Origin: Lophium mytilinum
Taxonomy: Eukaryota
Direction: 5' to 3'
Assembly (NCBI GenBank): GCA_010093605.1
Contig: MU004183.1
Span: 2,108,001 to 2,172,000, forward strand
Length of the DNA stretch: 64,000 bases
Shown here: positions 1-14,570 of the stretch, piece after piece
Position numbering within the stretch: position 1 is the first letter of the stretch
Layout of the letters: each line of letters begins with the position of its first letter
Notes under the pieces: model-generated
What the model saw: the letters and a program-made list of their open reading frames with translations, nothing else
The model's database searches: none
What the model was told of the DNA's origin: nothing
Translations under genes and position numbers: made by a program

Positions 1-818
1 CTCAACCCGCATAGCTGCAACGATCGGAGAAATGCTAGTGCAGCGTCGCCAATCTCGCGGTAGGTCGGGACGCGAACGCTGGAGGTCTCCTTCGATTTCC
101 GCAAGGCGAGTTGGGCCGCATGGTAGGCCAGGCCAGGACCGTCGATCACGACAAGCCTGGGGTTTGCTGCATTTCTCTCGGTGAATTGGACCGTCTCGGC
201 GAAATGCTGGAGGTGGCCGATGAGGCGCGGAATACCCATATTGGGCCTGAATCACGCGCGGCTTGGTTGTTTCATCAGGGAAAAGGCGAGAATAGAGTAG
301 TTGACGAATCCGAATCTACACTCGACACGCCAGATGGCTTGAGTTGGTAGCGACCGCGCGCAGGGTCGAGACTGGACACCTCAACCGTGTTTCTGATAGC
401 GCCCTGGAAATTCGATATGGGAACGGAGCGTGGAGATAATTGTTGAGATAGTGCTGGCGCCGTGGAGGCTCAATTCGATAGTTCTGCAGCGCGGCTGGCG
501 CCTCCACCCGCTTCGGTCGAGAGGACGGTCCGGACTGTGCTAGCGAGCGGCGGCGGCGGCACTGGGCTGTGAGGGCATTGGTGATGGCCCTGATACCGCT
601 GTGACTGGGCTGCGTCGTGGTTGATGGCGGTGAGGTTGTTGTGAAAGTGTGCATGTGAGGCGTCGCTGGTTGGCTTCTGTCGATCCTGCGTCATGTCCAA
701 AACCCCCACTCGTTTCCCTCAACATAGGTCTCCCCACCAACTCCAGATCTCCCCACCAGCACAGCTCCCCTTTCTCCGTTACTCCAGGAATCCAGCCTAA
801 ATCTCTCCCGGTGCAATC

Positions 819-2779
<1,961 letters not shown>

Positions 2780-3005
2780 ATGCACTGTGCTAGATACGTT
2801 TTTCTTTAGTAGATGAGATGACCGTCGAGACACAACTTGACTTTGTGAGCGATTTGTTACCTTCAGAGGCTGCATTGGGCTGCGGATGGACGATTGAGGG
2901 TAGAGATGACGTGACGATAGGATCTTAGTTAACGAACATAGTTGTTAATAAAAGTGTCGTTCTTTGCATTCGCGGTAGATCACTCAAGGATCATAGATTA
3001 AGGAG

Positions 3006-3410
3006 GTGAGTGATTTTCGATATCTAGTCTCACGTGATCTGTTCCCTTCGAAGCGCCCCTGGGCTATTCAGTCTTTGGACTTCAGCATCTTGAGATATGG
3101 ACAACTGGCACCGCTCCGAATGCGAAAGCCGTCTGGAAAAGCCGGCAAACCCGAGCCTTCGAGCTACCGCGTGCAAGAAAGATTGGCTGGACTTCTCTGG
3201 GGACTTCTGGCTGAAGTTTTGGCGCCTCAGCTTAGTCGAAAGAATTTGGATGTGTTCCGGGCGAAGGTTGCGAATCCGAATCTGAAGCTTTTCGACGACT
3301 GCAATAAGAAAACGAAGACGTCGAAGCGCGAAGTGGACACTGGTGAGATCCTTGTTGTGTCGGTCGACGAGCGGGCCGATGAGTGGATTGTGCGCGTGGT
3401 GGTCTACTAA
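3006..3410 (+). CDS. Possible short hypothetical ORF
   Basis: 134-codon ORF (first ATG about 3120) with no recognisable motif; may be non-coding. Confidence 0.2.
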   Translation: MSDFRYLVSRDLFPSKRPWAIQSLDFSILRYGQLAPLRMRKPSGKAGKPEPSSYRVQERLAGLLWGLLAEVLAPQLSRKNLDVFRAKVANPNLKLFDDCNKKTKTSKREVDTGEILVVSVDERADEWIVRVVVY

Positions 3411-3597
3411 GGGTAAGGGGTACCTTGGTGAGAGACTTGAAGTAGGACGGGTAGACCTAAAAGAGACTTGTTAAGGATGAGGTTCTAGAGCACGAAGTCA
3501 ATTTACGCGATATCCTGTCCTATATTGGCCAGTTAAGCACATCTATATTGACCTTCTAAGCACATACTTTACAGCAAACAAGTATCCGACATTAGCC

Positions 3598-4829
3598 CTA
3601 CTTGTCATCATATCCCGTAGTCACAAGCACGCTCGTCGTCCTCATGATAGTCCCATCATCCCCACCTCTGACTTCCTCCAAGCTCTCCGCATCCGTGCTC
3701 TCCGCACCGCCTTTGATGCGCACCTCTGAAAACTCGTTCTTCCCATGGCCCGTCAGGTCTGTCTCAGACGTGATCCGCTGCACACGTTTCGACCCCATCT
3801 CAATCCCGCTTCCAAGCACATTGCCCTTCCGAGTTGAGAGCCGGTGGTCATATGTCCCCTTCCGCCCATATCGGTTCCACCCAGACGAATTAGGCGTCAG
3901 AGTCCCCATAAACCTAGGAATGAGCTGGTTGAGCAAAGGTTTGATAGCGGGCGCACAGGCACACACGATACCGACGTCGATCTCAACAGCCGTCCAGATA
4001 GTAGTGTCGTAGGACGCCCACGTCTTATCCTCTTCATGCAGCAGTTTCGAGATTCGAACGACGCGGATGATGCTCGCGATGGCGACGAGCCAGCCGACCG
4101 AGACCACGGTGACCAGCGCGGTCTTCTGGCGGCGGGTGATTTTCAAGACTAGGACACGCGGGAGGATGATGGCGATGAGGAAGACTTCGCTGAGGATGTT
4201 GTAGATGCCCGCGGCGTAGAACGCGGGGATTGGATCCGTGCAGTGGCCGCCGGCGGCTTTGAGGCCGAAGTCCCAGTATGCGGCGATCGGCGAGCATTGG
4301 AAGATGTTGAAGAATGTGAACGCGATGAAGGTTATCACGAGAGTTGCGATGCATGCGTATATGAGGTAGCGACTGCGGCGTTCTGGGTGGAAGATGCGGA
4401 GGTAGAAGAGGCAGATGCTGATCTTGGTCGAGGCAAGGACTGAATGGTAGAAAAAAAGAGTGATGAAGCCGATCTTGATGTTGATCTGAGCAGCAGCTAT
4501 CGAGACGTTGGCTTGGTGATGACCTGCGCCGTATTTTGTTGCTACGCATGACAGGATAGTGCAGGCGAGGCCGCAAAACTAGGTATGCTTTAACAACGTA
4601 CACAGATCGGTCGCATTCAACGACTTACCCATGAGAACACGATCAGCCAGTCATCAATTGCCCAAGTTCGCAAGATGTACGCCCGAGAGTACACTCGAGC
4701 TAAACTGAACAGAGTCGCAAACACTTGAGGAACGATATTTCCCACCAAAATAGCAACCGCCCTCGATTGTGTAGCCTGAGATTTGTGAACATTTCTTCAT
4801 TAGAGATATTTGGACTGTGAACGTACCAT
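3598..4829 (-). CDS. PTH11-like integral membrane protein / fungal rhodopsin-domain GPCR without CFEM (introns 4776-4826, 4579-4628)
   Basis: Spliced product MATQSRAVAIL...ARVYSRAYILRTWAIDDWLIV...TKISICLFYLRIF...IFQCSPIAAYWD...IWTAVEIDVGIVCACAPAIKPL; these are hallmark PTH11-family motifs. Confidence 0.9.
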
Positions 4830-5997
4830 TGCCGGCTTCCCAAATTCTTGACCCACTCTGCGATTGGGTTTTGTATTTAGCGTACTAAACCTTTCTCCGG
4901 GGCTCCGCAGACGAGCTAGGAGCGGATCAGTAAACAGAGAATTTCAGGGTTGGGTATTCATGAGTGGAGAAGCTGGTCGGAACACATGGTCAGTGAACCT
5001 GTTAAGTATGATCCGTTGAAGACCGATTCCCTCTCCTTTCTAGTCTTACTAACTTTCCACTATGCCTTCAGGTTCCGCATCCCCTAGCGGAAGGCTGAGC
5101 TGGACGAGTCCATCCTGTGCAATTACACAGCTTTTATTCGCCCTCTGCAGACTGCGATTCATGAGTAGCAATCAAGTCTCGTGATAAGGGTGTAACTGGT
5201 GGACACTGTAGGATATTCTTCGGTGATGTTGAGAAGGTTTGGACGGTCAAAAGCCTTTGATCTTAAGCCGTGCGCCCATAAGCAGTGTAGTCGGACCGTC
5301 CCCTGTTGACTTGTTCTAGAACTCTCTTAGAGAACAAGGTGCGGTGGTGAAATCTTAGAAGACCTTTAAAGCCCCGATTCATTTTCATGTTGTCCTTTGA
5401 GTATACATCTAATGAATCGAGGTCTTTCGGAGGTACCGGTGCACCTCAATATGATAATCCCACTTTTCCCCTCCACGAAGACGCGGGGAATCTTCAATGC
5501 TGATCCGCACGGACATGATAGTTGGTTTGGACTGAGATCTATGGCGTACTTTTGTGGAGACAGTGGCGCACGCTAGGGCTATGCTTGACAAGAACCCGCA
5601 CGTAGGGCCAATAATCTGCCTCTATCACGACTCGTGTAACGATAGCCTCCGCGTATACCGCGGAGTAGGGATACAACCCGATTGGAAAGAATACAATAAG
5701 AGCGACAGATGCGAGTGGGAATCTTATGTCGCAACGTCATAAGTTTGTATGTACCCCTCTGCGCTGCTTGTGTGAGTCCGACTTGCTGAGAGAAGTATGG
5801 AGCTCTAAGTCGGTACATCTAACATGGGCGAGTTTGCCCATTGCCCGAGGCGACGAGCTTCGAACCATTCATATGTATGAAACTGTCTGGAAGCACCAGC
5901 AGTGGAGATTGGGCTGTCAGCAAATCTGTGATAAAGCCATGTACTAAAACAAAATTTAATCTTCTCTCCTACCGTCTGTCGCTTGCTTCGCTGCCAC

Positions 5998-8296
5998 CTA
6001 CACCTTCCGCTTAACCAACCCCTTGAAGAAATCAAAGCTGTTACTGTCACTCTGTAGCTGCCATATCTTCCCAGTCGGCCTATCCTCCCACCCCAGCTCC
6101 TCGGCAAGCAATAATCCCCAATCTCTTGTGATCCCCTTGACTCTTGCCCGTACACCTCCTTCTGCTTCCAGCTCTACAATCTGGTTCGTATGCAACCAGT
6201 CATCATAATACGCGCCCTCTGTATCTCTGTCCCAACCTTTCGCACAAAAGCGTCTATATAGCGTTTCAAACTCGACGAGGATACTAGCAAGGAGCTTCTC
6301 CATTTGAATAGCTTTCAAGCCTTCTTTAGCCGCCAACTGGTTCAGACTCGTGGTTGGAGAAGGGTTCGCAACATTGATTCCGACGCCCACCACGAGCGTA
6401 TATTCGGAGCCGGAGTAGCTCGAGTTTACGAGGATGCCGCCGATCTTGACGAAGTCAGTGTTACTTTGTCTCCCGTTCGTGGGCTTTGGAGCAGTAGGGC
6501 TTAGCGCGTAGATGTCGTTCGGCCACTTCAACTTGATTGGCAGTCTGTCATAGCCTGGTGCGTAGCCCTTTGCCCCCTTTACGAAGGCGAGGGCAGCGAG
6601 GTATTGTACGAAGATGACTGGGGCAGAGGCGGTGAGTGAGATGGGATGACGAATGACAGTGCTGAATATCAGGGAGCCAGGAGGTGCAAGCCAGACGTTC
6701 GAACCACGCCCGCGGCCGGCGACTTGCATCGTCGCCGTTGCAGTGAAGCCTTGAGGAAGGGTGTTCAAGAGTTTGGGGTTTCTATGTCGAAAAGTCAGCA
6801 AAGTTACGTATATCTATGAATAGATAGATGTGTTACTTTTCCAGAAGAGTGTTAGTGCTGGTGACAACTTCACCATAAAGAAGATGGGACCCGAAAGCAG
6901 GTTCGTCGATATCTGATTTGCTCTGAAAATGGGCCAGGTTCGCATAGTACGCGTCGTGGTTGAAAGATGGAGTCTCTCGTCCTGTGGGAAGTGTTTTCTC
7001 GTGAGGAACAATTCTCTTGATTACCTTATCATAATCGATGATCTTGTCCCCAGATGTTGACTCATCGGAGCTTTCTGCCTTCAACACCTTTTCTTCCGAG
7101 GATGGATCTTCTGTTGAGCGGCTTTCATTCGAGATTCCAGAGACAGCATCAGGCAGTACGCTTGTAACCGCCTGCATAAGACTGCTCATACCCCAAGTTG
7201 CAGGCTTCTCAACGTGGAATGTGTCGTTCTCCGCCTGCACATACTCTGTTCCATCAATCACAGTAGTGACTTGGTGCCAAGATGCGAGGATTTCGGCGAC
7301 ATCTGATGGCGTGTGAGCGGTGAGATGCAGGCGGGAGAGTGACGGTACCGGCTGCTCCTCTTCATTGACTTGCAGGCCCAATTTGACGAGACATGCCTTC
7401 ATGAAAGCAACACGAGTAGCGTCTGACGCGGCGATAGCGTCAATCGCAGCTGCATATGATGGTGGGCCGTTCGATTTATTCAGGTTGATAGGGGCGAATC
7501 TAGACTTTGTTAATCATTTGACCAAAACGCAACTAAAAGGATAGGAATGGCCGTACTCGGGATGGGGACCTGTGACAATAGCACTACCCTCCCCAATCTT
7601 GCGGTAGACAACGGCCGCCTTGCTATCTCCTGAATCTACATTCAGCTCCTCCTTGAAGCTCGCCAAGATCTCCACACCCCTCTCCGCAAGTTTCTTCGCG
7701 TCTACAAAGACGCCACCGCCGTTGTAATACGAGCGGAACAATCCGGGTACGGTGTTCTTGATCGAGGGAAGAGCAGACTTGTTGATTTCCAGTTCGACTG
7801 CTCTCGCCCCTGCCTCACTCTGATACACAAAACCCGGAAAGGCCAGTCCACGACATGTTCCTGGGAAGAATCCGAGTTCTCTGTCACCAACGACAGCCAT
7901 CTTTTTATCATCCACTTCGAACTCGCATCTTGCAGAACCGTAGTACCCACCAGCACAGAAACCGAGATAACTACCACCTCGATTGACGAATTGCGTAATC
8001 TTGCGATTGCCCGCCCCGTCAAGGGTCCTACAATAGCCGAGATCAGCACCACCAGGAAAGACAATCAAGGCACAGGTAGCAGTCCAGGGTTCCTTTAGCA
8101 GAGTCTCGCCTGAGATTGGAATAACAGCGTATTTGGGGGAGAGCAAGCGGCGAAGGGTGTAAAGAGTATGGCGCACGGATTCGGAAGTACTACCGTTGCC
8201 TGTCTATCTTTAGAAGAGAACGAAACCAATGATCAAGGATGACGGAGAAGAAGAATTACCAGAATATACAAGCACATTCATCCGTCTCGAAGCCAT
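5998..8296 (-). CDS. BPL1: Biotin--protein ligase with N-terminal BPL_N domain (spliced, about 4 exons)
   Basis: MASRRMNVLVYSG start; PGGADLGY and GFCAGGYY (BPL_N); STN, QVAGRGRGSNVW, KWPNDIY, KIGGILV (BPL catalytic core). Confidence 0.96.
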
Positions 8297-8421
8297 ATTG
8301 AATTATGGTGACGGGATGGCCTGAGGCCTGGGAGCTCCCGAGTTTCACCCGAGAGAAGAATCACACAAGGACAGACCCAAGCGCAGCGACAACAAGAAGG
8401 CTCTCCCGAAACACCAAGGAG

Positions 8422-8886
8422 ATGTCAAACAACGCAATCCAATCAAGCGAGTCGAATACGGCCGTGGATGATGATGAGCCGGATGATTGGTGAGGGCAAT
8501 TGATGAAATATGATGACGATGAAGAGGAGATTAACGGATTGAACTAGGGACAAGAGAATCTTTAGCACCGGCTGCTCAGGTCAGGCATCAGAGACCGCAT
8601 TCATATCTTCTGTATTAATTGATTGATAGTGGAAAACTCAAGGATGACGGACTGCTACTATGATACGAAGGACTGGAGGGCGTGTAAGAAGGAGGTGAGT
8701 CGCCGATGGGTGTGGATCGGGGACCGAGGAGTCGAGCAAAGTTGCCGGCTTGCAGCTTGCATGCTCTCGCCCAATCAACAACCTGAATGCTATACTGACT
8801 CTGCTGCGCAACTATAGATGGAGGCTTTCCGTGAATGTTGGAAGAGATATGGCAATGAGCAAAGAACCGACTCTAAAGATGCATGA
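8422..8886 (+). CDS. COA4: Cytochrome c oxidase assembly factor 4 (twin CX9C; 4 small exons)
   Basis: Spliced product ...DDDEPDDW-DKRIFSTGCS-VENSRMTDCYYDTKDWRACKKE-MEAFRECWKRYGNEQRTDSKDA*; twin CX9C pattern matching Coa4. Confidence 0.9.
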
Positions 8887-9378
8887 TGGCGTGGAGGATT
8901 TCCTGATACAATAGCTGTATTATATAATTATCAAGACCCAGTTTCCATCAAGTGTCCGCAGGTGAAGAACTTCATATCACTGTGTATTATAGGTAGCAGA
9001 GAGTCTTCTTGGCTAAGGCAAGGCATTTTTGGTAAAACATCTGGGTAAGATATCGCCACCGCGTTCCTCTCTTTCTTGCTCAAGTCACAATGCTTGCTTT
9101 TCAATCAAAATGCTAGCTAAACACATAAAAGTGGTGTATTCAATATCAAAACACTACAGCAGAGCGCTACTCCGCATTCAAGCCCGCTCCAGTATACACA
9201 GACCAAGCAATTCAACTCCGCAATCCAATCCCATTCCTTCCCCCAGCATCCCTCAACGCTCCTCCAGCACCCTTCACCGTCAAGCTCAGACGCCAGGATG
9301 CCAAAAATAACAAAAGAAAAAACCTGAACACCAGACGCGGGTGCTGCATATGTGCCGTCCCCCACCTCTTTCTCTATT

Positions 9379-10643
9379 TTACACAGCCTGGCTCGGGCTC
9401 TCCCCCTCGGCGACTACCGCCGTCCCTAGTCCGCGCTCCGGGCTTTGCAGCACAAGTTGCTCGTGCCGCCGCGCTTTGACAAAATCAGAAATACTCTTTA
9501 TAAGAATGAACCAGCCGATGACCATTAGTAGATATGCAATCCAATCACTCGTTGTTATGCCACCCGCGGCGGAAACAGACGACGGAGTTGGTATAGACGG
9601 CGCTACAGTATTCGGGTCGAAGTCATGGCTGTTCGGGTCTGGGGGCGCGCCGTTGAAGTCGCCGTCGCCCTGACCGCCGTTGCCGTTGCCGTCGGTGATA
9701 GGGCCTGCGCCCTTCATGCTGAAGCCGTATTGAATAAGGGTTATACCAAGGCCAGCGCGTGAGCCGTTCTTCGCTGCGTGGGTAGTGTGGAGGAGGTAGG
9801 TGAGCAGGAAGCCGACGAGCTGGAAGGACATGGATATCATGGCGTTCCAAACGAAGCTGAAAACGGAGCCAACGGGGAGGCCTTCGATATAAACGGCGTT
9901 GGAGTCGGAGAAGGGGCCTCCAGGAGTGAGTATAGTGGTTTCCCAGTAGGGAGGGGTAGCATCCAGGGCAGCTTGTTCGTAGGTCTGTATGGGTATGTTA
10001 GTATGAGCACTTTCGAAGGTAGGTAGATTGGACAAGAGCTCACAGGAGGCTTCTCTTCCAGCTCCTCTCCTCGCGTAGGCTTTGCGCTCAGGTTCGCAAA
10101 CACGCCATCGTTCTGGCCGCCCCCATATATTCGTCCTCCAGTCGCGGCGCCTCCTGCCGACGCCTGTGTAGGATTGAAAACGGGCAGCTGTGTCACTCTC
10201 CTCTCGATCCCCCGTGGCCGCACCTCGTCGCTATTCCGGTTGAGTCCGTGGTCCTCCCCATCGTCGGACGGCGACGAGGGGCTTGCCCGCATCAGCCGCT
10301 GTCGGTCGTCCATCCCATCGCCCTCCTCGTCCTCACTGTCGGCATCGTCGAAGGTGTCGGCGAGGGTGCGCTCGGCGTCGGTGGCGTACGGATCGGCGGT
10401 TGGACTCATAAGGTGGTGGCTGCCGGTCGGGGAGGATGCGCGAGAACGGAAAGATGGTGGCGGCGAGTTAGGGATCTGCTGCGACAACTGTGGCGGTGGA
10501 TTTGTGTGTGAGAAGGAGGTTTGAGGGTTGGCAACCGGCGAGGTAGGAGAGTCGACATCATCGTTGGCGGAGACCTGGGGGGGCGTTAGCGGAGTGAAGG
10601 AAGGGGGGCGCGGCTGACATACCCGCTCGTAGCCTTGCGGCAT
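9379..10643 (-). CDS. BSD2: Bsd2/NDFIP-type Rsp5 adaptor, metal homeostasis (introns 10575-10622, 9985-10043)
   Basis: NDGVFANLSAKP, PPTYEQAALDATPPYWETT (PPxY formed across the intron), three TM segments, HAAKNGSRAGLG. Confidence 0.92.
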
Positions 10644-10946
10644 AGCTGCGCTCGTTGACGCAAGTAAAGGTGACGATTTCAAGGGTAAAGGGAGTGAGAG
10701 AACGAAGCGAAGAAGGGTGTTGAGAGAGGGTGGAGGTCGAAGTGGTGGTAGGGAGACAAGGGGATGTGGTGTGGTGATTCGTAAGGCCGCGGGACGACGG
10801 GGACGACGGCGAGATTCCACGCGCGAAGGTCCGGTGCACTGCCACAATTAAAGTATACGGCAGACTGCAGCCCGCTTGTATCAAACCTCAAGAATCCCGA
10901 CATCATCGATTTTGCGTCGTGACTGTGTTCAGCAACATCACCAATC

Positions 10947-11453
10947 ATGTCGGGCTCTGTATGTGAAATTCTCGTTGCGTGTGGCCGTCATGGCTTTCCA
11001 GTGCTGCATCTAGTCAATTGATTCCTATAGCTAATACACGGGTAGAAAATCGCAAAGCACTACACCCGCCTCCTAGCCCAATGGCCCAAAGACCCTCTCC
11101 GGCCCAACCTTCACTTCGACAAGGTCCTCCAGCATCGCGCAGCCCAGGCTAGTGCTGGTTCTTCAAACCCCAAGGCCGAGCTAGGGCAAATCAATGCGGC
11201 TTACTCGCTACTCGAGGATCGATACATGCATAGAGTATGTCTTTCAAACAATTAGATCGCGGAGTCTCAAGCAAATAAAGGGTTTAAGCTAACGAAAATG
11301 GTCTGATAGAATCCAACATCGAAGCGCCTTCTTAGCCCTACCTCGAATCCGACCTACTACGACGACCTCATCGCGGAGCTAGAGCAGGCACCGAAGAGGT
11401 CATGGCTCGCTGGAAAAATTGAGGGTTGGAAGAGAATGATTAGATTCACGTGA
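10947..11453 (+). CDS. CBP6: Cbp6/UQCC2 complex III assembly factor (3 exons; absent from the ORF track)
   Basis: Spliced product MSGS-KIAKHYTRLLAQWPKDPLRP...AAYSLLEDRYMHR-NPTSKRLLSPTSNPTYYDDLIAELEQAPKRSW...RFT*; GTATGT donors and GCTAA branch sites. Confidence 0.88.
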
Positions 11454-11981
11454 TTAATGTAAGAGACGCTACGAGTGTATCACGGGATAAGGCGATGTAC
11501 GCTATAAGAGGTGGTGTCTAGTATGTGCGGTGTGCAGAGCTCAAGAAAAGGCGTTTTGGGGGTATAATGTCATGCGGATGGCCTTTTTTGGGAGATTACA
11601 GGTGAACAATAGAGGGTATCGAAGAGAATACCATGATTGTACAAATCAACAATATGGATTAGACTAGAGAAGTGGGGTGGATTCGAAGGTAGTAAGACGT
11701 ATGAACGTGAGGCAGCCCATGTGGGTGACACTCAGTTTAGGCAGTGTCATGAATAGGGTCGAGGTAAGAGACTGTACTAGAAGTATCAACGTTCTAGGTT
11801 GCCTCTATTTTGAGGCGTAGCAACAATCTGAGCAAACATCCACACATAACTACAAGAGACCAGCTTACCATCAAAGCCTCAGCCCTACCTGTATCATCCT
11901 CACCAACTTTTCGATATGTCTTACAGAGCTGGAGATCGTCTGTACGCTCGTCCTTCCTCTTCTTAAGCGTCAAACTCATCT

Positions 11982-12968
11982 ATGGACTCACCGCCTTTGT
12001 CTCCCGTCCGACCTTTCGGATTTCTGAACCATGAACTCCGGGAGGAGCCAAACTTTGCCCTCTCTGATGGAAAAGGAAAGGGAGAAGAATCCCGGCAAAA
12101 TAACAGGTATCAAGAAAAGCTAGCGAGACCGGTGGAGACTCGTGAGGGTTCCGTACCGATTAGCCAAAGGCAATTTGAGCTACTTAGGACCTTTGTAACA
12201 GTCCCAACTTCAGACCAGAACGGGCCGGGCTTGACGGTGGTCTCAAATACCGAGCAACAGCTCCAAAATCTTGACTCCCCACCGTCATTGCTAGATGCTG
12301 GCTCCCGCCTATCACCCCCAATCTCCACGTCTGGAGAGCTGCTTCGTGTGGGAGGACCGTACCATGCAAGACCCTCCACGCGGCGTGAGGAGCCGCCTGG
12401 TTCCTTTTCTGGCAAATCAATCAGCACATCGATCCTCAAGCCCCTATTGACAAAAGAAGCACTTGGTAGGCACGATGCTGCTATGGAGGCTGAGCACAGG
12501 CACGCATATATTTTTAAACCCGAACTGGAGTTCAACACAGAACCCTGGAAGAACATTCGGCCACGGAATACAAGGCCAGTTGGAGAAGAAATCCGACATA
12601 GATATGAGGGCCAGCTCCACAAGCTTAGGATGGAGAACGACGAACTAAGACGAGAGAAAAAGGCCTTGATAGTGGCGTGGAAGATGAGATCCAATGCGAA
12701 CGACCGCGGCAACTTAGGGGACGCGTCCTGTCCGGGTGCCCAAGAGGAGCGAGACAAGCTTGTTTCAAAGAAGAGCGAGAGTGACCGACAAGATGAGGAA
12801 ACAATTCGACAAGAATGCCTAGAGAAGCGCAACCCTTCGGCCTCTACCCTCCACGAGTATACGACTCGATCGCCTCTTGTCGATGACCGCCTTGAAAACT
12901 TGATGCCATGTGGACCAGCTTTTCATGATCACACGACAGGAATATCTGGCTATGCGAACAGAAGTTGA
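11982..12968 (+). CDS. Hypothetical protein, 328 aa, with a short coiled-coil segment
   Basis: ATG-initiated uninterrupted ORF, low complexity; EIRHRYEGQLHKLRMENDELRREKKAL is coiled-coil-like. Confidence 0.6.
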   Translation: MDSPPLSPVRPFGFLNHELREEPNFALSDGKGKGEESRQNNRYQEKLARPVETREGSVPISQRQFELLRTFVTVPTSDQNGPGLTVVSNTEQQLQNLDSPPSLLDAGSRLSPPISTSGELLRVGGPYHARPSTRREEPPGSFSGKSISTSILKPLLTKEALGRHDAAMEAEHRHAYIFKPELEFNTEPWKNIRPRNTRPVGEEIRHRYEGQLHKLRMENDELRREKKALIVAWKMRSNANDRGNLGDASCPGAQEERDKLVSKKSESDRQDEETIRQECLEKRNPSASTLHEYTTRSPLVDDRLENLMPCGPAFHDHTTGISGYANRS

Positions 12969-14051
12969 TCGGTCTCGCCATCATAACCTGCTCGATCGAC
13001 ATGCTTTTAGTGTAGTAGCGTCGTGTGCGGCGGTTGGGTTGGTAATTAACGTATTGTCAAGGCTGTGGTAGATGTAGCTGAGGAATTATAGTATCATTGA
13101 GAAGGCTCGGCACTGTTGACCTGGTATGGTTTGCATTTCCAACTTTGATAATCGAAAACGAGTTTGAAGGAAAGAAGTAGTAGGAAAGCCTCCAGAGTGT
13201 GCCCTTCATCCTGCTCTGTCCTTCCCGCGACAGATCACGTGTGAATCCTATACCATGCTGCCGCCACCCTCCCAGTCGAAGTGATGTCTGTCTGCCCAGG
13301 TTTTTCCTTGACGCTAGCCTGATACGATCTAGCAGTACGCTACTCTCCTCGGTGCCGTTTCCCACCTCCCAATGAAAGTCTCTAGGGGCCTCAAAATCCC
13401 GCCCACCACTTGGTCTATGAGGGCTCCATCCTCTAGAGTCGCCACCTTCGTGAACCCATAGTATAGGCATCGCCGTATTGGTTCACTTAGATCTGCGTCA
13501 TGTCTAAGTTTCACACGATCATATCGCTGTCCAGCCACACACCGTAGTAACATACTATTCGGGAGACCAGTTGCAGAGAGGGACCTCCATTCTTCTGTCT
13601 GTTCTAGGGTCTTGTTGTCTGTGAGTTCAATAAGAACGATGCCGAGGGTGAAGAGAAGAGACCTGGTTTGATCTTCGGAAAGAGGGTTCCGACGCTGGCG
13701 GAAGACGGGGTTGGAGATGTATGGTACGGGAATCTGTTGGTATTGGAGGATAGAGAATTGTGTGCGGTCCCAATCTTGCGGTGCCCATCCTCAGCCGCCA
13801 ACGCTAAGGATGGTGTGGATAAGTCCTATGCCGATGCGGAGACGATCTGGCAGTCTAGGAAGGGTGTCGAAGATCGTCTCAAGACTGGAAGTTGACGCAT
13901 TCTTGAGTTGAGTCTGATCAGGTGGGTCAATCTCGAAAAGCAGACGGTCGTCTTCAAGATCGAGGTGCTCCCGTTCTGTTTGAGTATAATTTTGAAAGAA
14001 AGCGCATACGTCGATGATGAGGCTTGAGTCGATGCGCTCTGTGCCTGCTGT

Positions 14052-14265
14052 CAGGCTGGGGAGAGGACATTAGGGAATGAGCACCCAGAGACGCTGGCGA
14101 GCATGAGTGATCTAGCACAAATATGGAGCGACCAGGGGAAGTTCAAGGAGTCGGCAATGATGCAGGAAGAGCTACTGAGGCTAGAAGAAAAGGTATTCAG
14201 GAAGAGCACCCGTTAATGCAAGTAAGTATAGGCAACCTAGCAATGGTGCCAAAATAGCAGGGAGG
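14052..14265 (+). pseudogene. Degenerate kinesin-light-chain-type TPR repeat fragment
   Basis: ERTLGNEHPETLASMSDLAQIWSDQGKFKESAMMQEELLRLEEKVF, then frameshifted EEHPL / SIGNLAMV..*QG. Confidence 0.7.
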
Positions 14266-14274
14266 GCGGATACA

Positions 14275-14570
14275 ATGCATCTAGATATCCACCTCCTCCC
14301 TCTTCCCCTTCGCAGACGCTGCCATTCGCGTGCTACACTCCGTCTTAGCTTCCCTTTCCAGCATCTTGACCTGCGTCATCCGCTTTTCGAATCCCTTCTT
14401 ACCCTCTTTCTACTCCCTAATATTCTTCCTCGTCTTCTGCAGCGTGCCCTCCTCCGTCCCGCTAACCTTCCAGTTCATTGAAAGCGGTATCATCGTAAAG
14501 CTCCTCAATGGATGCTATTACGGTACCGCAGACGCTTCCTTTGACCCACGAGCTATCATTCGCCTCAGGG
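14275..14570 (-). pseudogene. Possible RIP-decayed coding relic
   Basis: A charged, protein-like frame on the minus strand interrupted only by TAA/TAG stops that could derive from CAA/CAG. Confidence 0.3.

Noticed and set aside
5409..5947. Short ORFs between the PTH11-like gene and BPL1 as a pseudogene
   Set aside because: No recognisable family motif in any frame
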